Of a DNA stretch of 42,683 nt, positions 37,778 through 42,683 are shown piece after piece. The position numbers and the translations under genes were made by a program. The number at the start of each line of letters is the position of its first letter. The stretch's first letter is position 1. The notes below the pieces were generated by a model, which searched no databases, was not told the DNA's origin, and saw only the letters and a program-made list of their open reading frames with translations. Source of the DNA: Clostridia bacterium (lineage in GTDB: Bacteria; Bacillota; Clostridia; Oscillospirales; CAG-272); contig CAAEBS010000130.1 in NCBI GenBank assembly GCA_900754175.1, positions 1-42,683 of the forward strand, read 5' to 3'.

Positions 37778-40423
37778 ATGAATTCTTGCAACGAACTTCC
37801 GAAGGTATATTCCCCCTCGGACTTTGAAGACCGGATCTACCGGAACTGGTGCGACAAGGGTTATTTCACGCCCGACGTCAACAATCCCGCCCCCGCCTTT
37901 TCGGTGGTCATTCCGCCCCCCAACGTAACCGGACAGCTCCACATGGGACACGCCCTGGATGAAACGCTCCAGGACATTCTGGTGCGCTACAAGAGAATGC
38001 AGGGCTTCAACACCCTGTGGGTTCCCGGCACCGACCATGCGGGCATCGCCACCCAGATCAAGGTGGAGGAATATCTCCGTGTCAACGAGGGACTGACCCG
38101 CTACGACCTGGGACGTGAAAAGTTTCTGGAGCGTGTGTGGGACTGGAAAAAGCAGTACGGCGACCGCATCATCAGCCAGCTGAAAAAGCTTGGCGCCTCC
38201 TGCGACTGGAGCCGTGAGCGCTTCACCATGGACGAGGGCTGTTCCCGTGCGGTGCGTGAGGTCTTTGTCAACCTTTACAACAAGGGGCTGATCTACCGGG
38301 GCAACCGCATTATCAACTGGTGCCCGCACTGCATCACCGCCCTTTCGGACGCCGAGGTGGAATACGAGGAGCAGGACGGCTTTTTCTGGCATATCCGCTA
38401 CCCGATCAAGGACAGCGACGAATTCGTGGAGATCGCCACCACCCGTCCCGAAACCATGTTCGGCGACACGGCGGTTGCCGTCAATCCCGCCGACGAGCGC
38501 TATACCCACCTGATCGGAAAAACGCTGATCCTGCCGATCGTGGGACGGGAGATCCCGGTCATCGCCGACGAATACGTGGAGATCGGCTTCGGAACCGGCT
38601 GTGTGAAGATCACCCCCGCTCACGACCCCAACGACTTTCTGGTCGGTCAGCGCCATAACCTGGAGCAGATCAAGGTCATGAACGACGATGCTACCATCAA
38701 CGCCTACGGCGGAAAATACGAGGGCATGGACCGGTATGAGGCACGGCGTGCTCTGGTAGCAGACCTGGAAAAGGAAGGCTACCTCATCAAGGTAGTTCCG
38801 CACAAACACAACGTCGGTTCCTGCTACCGGTGCAAGACCACCGTGGAGCCGATGACCTCCAATCAGTGGTTCGTCCGCATGGAACCTCTGGCAAAGCCCG
38901 CACTTGAGGTGGTCCGGGACGGCAGAGTAAAATTCGTGCCCGAACGCTTCAGCAAAATTTACGTCAACTGGATGGAAAACGTACACGACTGGTGTATCTC
39001 CCGTCAGCTCTGGTGGGGACACCGGATTCCTGCTTTCTACTGCGACAAATGCGGGAAGATGACGGTTTCCAAGGAGGACATCACCGTGTGCCCCGAGTGT
39101 GGCGGCAGCGTGCATCAGGAAAGCGACGTGCTGGACACCTGGTTCTCCTCTGCCCTCTGGCCCTTCTCAACAATGGGCTGGCCCGACAAAACGCCCGAGC
39201 TTGCCAAATACTACCCGACCAGCGTGCTGGTGACCGGCTACGACATCATCTTTTTCTGGGTTGCCCGCATGATCTTCTCGGGACTGGAGCATATGGGCAA
39301 GGAACCGTTTTCCACCGTGTTCATTCACGGACTTGTGCGTGATGCACAGGGCAGAAAAATGTCGAAATCGCTCGGAAACGGCATCGACCCGCTGGAGATC
39401 ATCGACAAGTACGGCGCCGACGCTCTGCGGTATGCGCTGGCAACCGGTAACTCCCCCGGAAACGATATGCGTTTCTCGGACGAAAAGATTGAAGCGGCAA
39501 GAAACTTTGCCAACAAGCTCTGGAACGCTTCCCGCTTTGTCCGCATGAACCTGACGATCGACGAGATCACCCTGCCTGAGGCAGACCGTCTTGCCCCCGA
39601 GGACAAGTGGATCCTCCACGAGTACAACCGTCTGGTCGCCAACGTCAACGCCGCTCTTGACAAATACGAGGTCGGCGTGGCGCTTTCGTCGGTTTACGAT
39701 TTCACGTGGGACGTGTTCTGCGACTGGTATATCGAGCTTTCCAAAGTCCGTCTGAACGACAAAGAGAGCGAGGGCAACCTGGTGGCGCAGAACGTACTTG
39801 CTTACGTCCTGACCGGAACGCTCAAGCTTCTGCATCCTTTCATGCCCTTCATCACCGAGGAAATCTTCCTGTCCCTGCCCCACAAAGAGGAAAGCATCAT
39901 GATTTCCGCCTACCCCAAGGCAAACGACGCCCTGGTGTTTGAAGAGGACGCTTTGCGCATGGAGCGCATCATTGCCGCTATCCGTGCCATCCGCATCCGC
40001 CGCAACGAGATGAACGTGCCGCCCTCCCGGAAAGCCAAGGTCTGCATTGCTACCCGCTACACCGATACCTTCAACGAAAGCTCCGCCGTTTTCTTCCACC
40101 GTCTGGCTTCCGCCTCCTCGGTTGAGATTGCGGAAAGCTTTGAGGGCGTGTTGCCGGCGGACGAAGCGGTACAGATCATCACCGACTCCGCCACCATTCT
40201 GCTCCCGCTTTCGGATATCGTGGATACCGAAAAAGAGCGGGCACGGCTGACGGGCGAGGAGAAAAAGCTGGCGTCCGAGATCGAGCGTCTGGAAAAGAAG
40301 CTGGCAAACGAAGGCTTTGTGGCAAAAGCTCCCGCCGCCGTCGTGGAGGGAGAAAGAGTCAAACTCGCCAAGTATCATGAAAATCTGGCGGGCGTGCGCT
40401 CCGCTTTGAGCAAACTCAAATAA
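37778..40423 (+). CDS. valS: Valine--tRNA ligase
   Basis: Carries the HIGH motif (GQLHMGHAL), the KMSKS motif ([10 protein letters not shown]) and a C-terminal coiled-coil. The ATG at 37778 (MNSCNELPK...) is preceded by GGAGG. The track ORF start at 37634 lies inside the T-box terminator region. Confidence 0.95.
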   Translation: MNSCNELPKVYSPSDFEDRIYRNWCDKGYFTPDVNNPAPAFSVVIPPPNVTGQLHMGHALDETLQDILVRYKRMQGFNTLWVPGTDHAGIATQIKVEEYLRVNEGLTRYDLGREKFLERVWDWKKQYGDRIISQLKKLGASCDWSRERFTMDEGCSRAVREVFVNLYNKGLIYRGNRIINWCPHCITALSDAEVEYEEQDGFFWHIRYPIKDSDEFVEIATTRPETMFGDTAVAVNPADERYTHLIGKTLILPIVGREIPVIADEYVEIGFGTGCVKITPAHDPNDFLVGQRHNLEQIKVMNDDATINAYGGKYEGMDRYEARRALVADLEKEGYLIKVVPHKHNVGSCYRCKTTVEPMTSNQWFVRMEPLAKPALEVVRDGRVKFVPERFSKIYVNWMENVHDWCISRQLWWGHRIPAFYCDKCGKMTVSKEDITVCPECGGSVHQESDVLDTWFSSALWPFSTMGWPDKTPELAKYYPTSVLVTGYDIIFFWVARMIFSGLEHMGKEPFSTVFIHGLVRDAQGRKMSKSLGNGIDPLEIIDKYGADALRYALATGNSPGNDMRFSDEKIEAARNFANKLWNASRFVRMNLTIDEITLPEADRLAPEDKWILHEYNRLVANVNAALDKYEVGVALSSVYDFTWDVFCDWYIELSKVRLNDKESEGNLVAQNVLAYVLTGTLKLLHPFMPFITEEIFLSLPHKEESIMISAYPKANDALVFEEDALRMERIIAAIRAIRIRRNEMNVPPSRKAKVCIATRYTDTFNESSAVFFHRLASASSVEIAESFEGVLPADEAVQIITDSATILLPLSDIVDTEKERARLTGEEKKLASEIERLEKKLANEGFVAKAPAAVVEGERVKLAKYHENLAGVRSALSKLK

Positions 40424-40442
40424 AATTCTGCCAAACAGGCAT

Positions 40443-40485
40443 AATCCCCCTGTCGTCCGCATATAACGGATAACAGGGGGATTTT
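40443..40485 (+). terminator. valS terminator hairpin that also contains the RBS of the downstream gene
   Basis: 10-bp stem aatccccctg / cagggggatt with a structured loop, followed by TTTT and then acc-ATG of the next gene. The 3' arm AGGGGGA is the only SD-like sequence for that gene. Confidence 0.6.
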
Positions 40486-40488
40486 ACC

Positions 40489-41820
40489 ATGAAACAGAAA
40501 TTTCAGCTTCCGGCGCTTCTTCTGTGCCTCTGCCTGCTTGCTCTTTCCGCCTGTAACAAAAGTACAAGCGTCCTGCCGGCAGGTACGGAGGACAAAGCCG
40601 TTCCGGCGGTGAAAGGAGATATTATGCCGAACACCGGAATCACGTCGCCCGTCCGGGCAATGTGGCTCTCTCAATATGAAATTGCCGCCCTCTGTACCGA
40701 GGACGGCAAAAAGCCCTGCTCTTCCGATATCTTTCTGCAAAGAATCGCACGGCTCACCGACAATCTGAAAGCCTGCGGTATCCGCACCCTTTTCGTGCAG
40801 GTGCGCCCGAATACCGACAGCTTCTACCCCTCTGCCCTTTTTCCGCTCTCCGCCTTTGTGACCGGAAGCGACAGAGTTCAGCCGGATTTCGACGTGTTCG
40901 GCACTCTCTGCGAACAACTGACCGCCGCCGGAATTGCCGTGCACGCATGGCTCAACCCTTACCGCAGTATGACGGCAACCGAGCTGAAAAGCCTGCCCGC
41001 CAGGTACCCGGTCGCCGGCTGGTTTGCCTCCGACGGGGACCGTGGGCGCCTGATTGTAGAGGTAAACGGGCGTTTCTGGCTGAACCCGGCGTATGAGGAG
41101 GTGCAACGGCTGATCCTCCTCGGCGCCGAGGAGATTCTTACCCGCTACCCCGCCGTGCAGGGGTTACATATCGACGATTACTTTTATCCTACCACTGACC
41201 CCGCCTTTGACGCCGACGCCTGCCGGGAATACCGTGAGGGCGGCGGAACGCTTGCGACAGACGATTTTCGCCGGAATTGCGTCAACCGGACGGTGTCGGC
41301 TCTCTGGCGACTCTGCCACCGCTACGGCAAAGCTTTCGGCGTCAGCCCGGGCGGAAATACCGACCGCAATTACCGGGAGCTGTACGCCGACGTTGCGCTG
41401 TGGTGCCGGGAAAGCGGCTATCTGGACTACCTCTGCCCGCAGGTGTACTTTGGACTGGAGCACGGCTCGTGTCCCTTTGCCGAAACCTGCCGGGAATTTT
41501 CCGATATGGCAAAGGCGGGCAATATTCCGCTGATTATCGGCATGACTTCCGAAAAAGCCTGGGCGGCTTCCTGTGGCAAAACCGATATCTGGGCGGGCGT
41601 CGGGAAAAACGAGTGGCTGGAGCACCGGGATATTCTTTTCCGGTGTCTGAAGGTCACCCAGACCGTTCCCGGCTGTGTGGGCGTTTCGCTCTTTGGCTAC
41701 CGGCTTTTCTTTGACCCTGTCACCGGGCAAAAGATTCCCGGAACCGCAGAAGAAGCCGCCGCCCTGTTTGCAGCGCTTCCCGACGCAACCTGGGAAATTC
41801 CGTACCAAACGGCGCCGTAG
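40489..41820 (+). CDS. Lipoprotein of the glycoside-hydrolase-like GHL10 (DUF187 / YngK-like) family
   Basis: Signal peptide with a lipobox (LLALSAC). The ~400-aa TIM-barrel-like domain has features of family-10-like glycosyl hydrolases (FVQVRP..DSFYPS, HAWLNPY, HIDDYFYP). Confidence 0.75.
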   Translation: MKQKFQLPALLLCLCLLALSACNKSTSVLPAGTEDKAVPAVKGDIMPNTGITSPVRAMWLSQYEIAALCTEDGKKPCSSDIFLQRIARLTDNLKACGIRTLFVQVRPNTDSFYPSALFPLSAFVTGSDRVQPDFDVFGTLCEQLTAAGIAVHAWLNPYRSMTATELKSLPARYPVAGWFASDGDRGRLIVEVNGRFWLNPAYEEVQRLILLGAEEILTRYPAVQGLHIDDYFYPTTDPAFDADACREYREGGGTLATDDFRRNCVNRTVSALWRLCHRYGKAFGVSPGGNTDRNYRELYADVALWCRESGYLDYLCPQVYFGLEHGSCPFAETCREFSDMAKAGNIPLIIGMTSEKAWAASCGKTDIWAGVGKNEWLEHRDILFRCLKVTQTVPGCVGVSLFGYRLFFDPVTGQKIPGTAEEAAALFAALPDATWEIPYQTAP

Positions 41821-41831
41821 CCGAATTTTCG

Positions 41832-42440
41832 TTACGAATCGGTGTCCTTATCCGTTACGAATTTTATCCTTGCCACCCGGTTCATTCCGCTGTCGTAAAG
41901 CACACAGCCGTCCATTTTCATGGCGTCACGGTTCTTTTCCTGTCTATATAAAAACCTTCCCCGTACCGTGCCGCTTTTTCCCGGCGCAGACCTGACCTGA
42001 ACCGGCGAGGCAAGGGAAAATGGTCCGGAGCGGTCAAAACGATCGTCCAGAAAATACAGCCCGCCACGCCTGATTCTGCCGTATTTTTCGATAACGGTGA
42101 ATTCACACAGCAGATCCGGTTCTTTCTTGCAGGCTTTTCCCTCGTTATTCAGCCTGGAATATGGCGTCAAGCGGAACAAAAGCAAAGAAAGCACCGCCAC
42201 AAAAAGCAGTACCCCAGAGCGAAACACAAGAGAAAGAACCAGCCCCAAAAGAAAGATGCCGCCGATCACAACCCCATACGGAAAAGCGGGCGCCTGCCCA
42301 TACAGATGTCCGCAATGACTGCACTTAGCAACGTAAAGCATCCGTCGCACCGGCGTGTTGAGCGATGTGTTCCGACAGAATCCCCTGTCCTTGGCTTTAT
42401 CAATTCTTTTCCCGCACCACGGGCACCTTTTTCTGTTCAT
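41832..42440 (-). CDS. Hypothetical membrane protein with an N-terminal zinc-ribbon
   Basis: CPWCG...CSHCGH (CxxC-N32-CxxC), then two hydrophobic helices (VVIGGIFLLGLVLSLVF, VLLFVAVLSLLLF) and a ~110-aa C-terminal soluble domain. It has its own promoter and is convergent with the GHL10 gene. Confidence 0.65.
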   Translation of the reverse strand: MNRKRCPWCGKRIDKAKDRGFCRNTSLNTPVRRMLYVAKCSHCGHLYGQAPAFPYGVVIGGIFLLGLVLSLVFRSGVLLFVAVLSLLLFRLTPYSRLNNEGKACKKEPDLLCEFTVIEKYGRIRRGGLYFLDDRFDRSGPFSLASPVQVRSAPGKSGTVRGRFLYRQEKNRDAMKMDGCVLYDSGMNRVARIKFVTDKDTDS

Positions 42441-42473
42441 AATCCTGCCTCCAATGCTTGTACTGTTGCCTAT

Positions 42474-42502
42474 ACTATATCATATCCGCAGTCTTTTGTC
42501 AA
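42474..42502 (-). promoter_or_regulatory. SigA-type promoter of the zinc-ribbon membrane protein gene
   Basis: The minus strand reads TTGACA-N17-TATAGT about 35 nt upstream of the ATG at 42440. Confidence 0.65.
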
Positions 42503-42634
42503 GAAAAGGCATAGAATTGCCCCGGAGAGTCATAACCACCGGTAAACCGGTGGCTTGCACAGCCCTTATAAGGGGCAATTACAGGCACAACCCCTAAAGG
42601 GGTACAGAAAGTTTGACACCGCATTTTTATCTCA

Positions 42635-42666
42635 GGCAGCCGCTCACGTGCGGCTGTCTTTTTTAT
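42635..42666 (+). terminator. Plus-strand intrinsic terminator with no upstream plus-strand CDS
   Basis: Stem cagccgc-tcacgt-gcggctg followed by TCTTTTTTA on the plus strand. On the minus strand no T-run follows the stem. Confidence 0.6.
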
Positions 42667-42683
42667 GCCTTTCCATTCTTGCT

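Noticed and set aside
42520-42640. Calling the right-edge element a glycine riboswitch
   Set aside because: Only three short strings match, spacing between them is much longer than in the aptamer consensus, and the conserved CACCGAAGG core is absent. It is kept as an unclassified structured element in the findings.
1-42683. CRISPR arrays, IS elements/transposases, integrases, prophage genes and long direct or inverted repeats
   Set aside because: No repeat-spacer periodicity, no transposase- or integrase-like ORFs and no large repeats were seen by inspection. Every ORF of at least 200 aa with coding character has a housekeeping or metabolic assignment, or is a mirror-frame artefact.

Overview
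This 42.7-kb window looks like core chromosome from a high-GC, spore-forming Firmicute, probably Clostridia (Oscillospiraceae/Ruminococcaceae-like; this is inference). The first ~30 kb is entirely minus-strand and tightly packed. In transcription order it holds: pncB; cdaA, a small membrane ORF and a COG2509 FAD protein; recJ-relA-dtd-hemZ; a uridine-kinase-like gene; the conserved sporulation/division cluster (spoVB-like flippase, mazG, hup, yabO, yabP, yabQ, divIC); and a Bacillus-type glycogen operon glgB-C-D-A-P extended by a GH13 enzyme, a 111-aa unknown ORF, pgeF, a CPBP protease and tadA. The right-hand third holds nadE, an alpha/beta SASP gene, a rhaBAD cluster with a divergent AraC regulator, a stand-alone tRNA-Thr(GGU), a valine T-box leader with valS, a GHL10-type lipoprotein, and an uncharacterised zinc-ribbon membrane protein. 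I see no CRISPR array, transposase, integrase, phage module or recognisable defence or toxin-antitoxin system, and no convincing evidence for a novel multi-gene system. The most interesting items are small. They are an unannotated structured region ending in an intrinsic terminator at the right edge, cdaA followed by a 75-aa membrane ORF instead of cdaR/glmM, two uncharacterised ORFs, and terminator-like hairpins that abut or occlude the ribosome-binding site of the next gene. CDS coordinates come from the ORF track, with starts refined by RBS inspection. Motif coordinates read by eye from the raw sequence may be off by 1-2 nt, especially in homopolymer runs.
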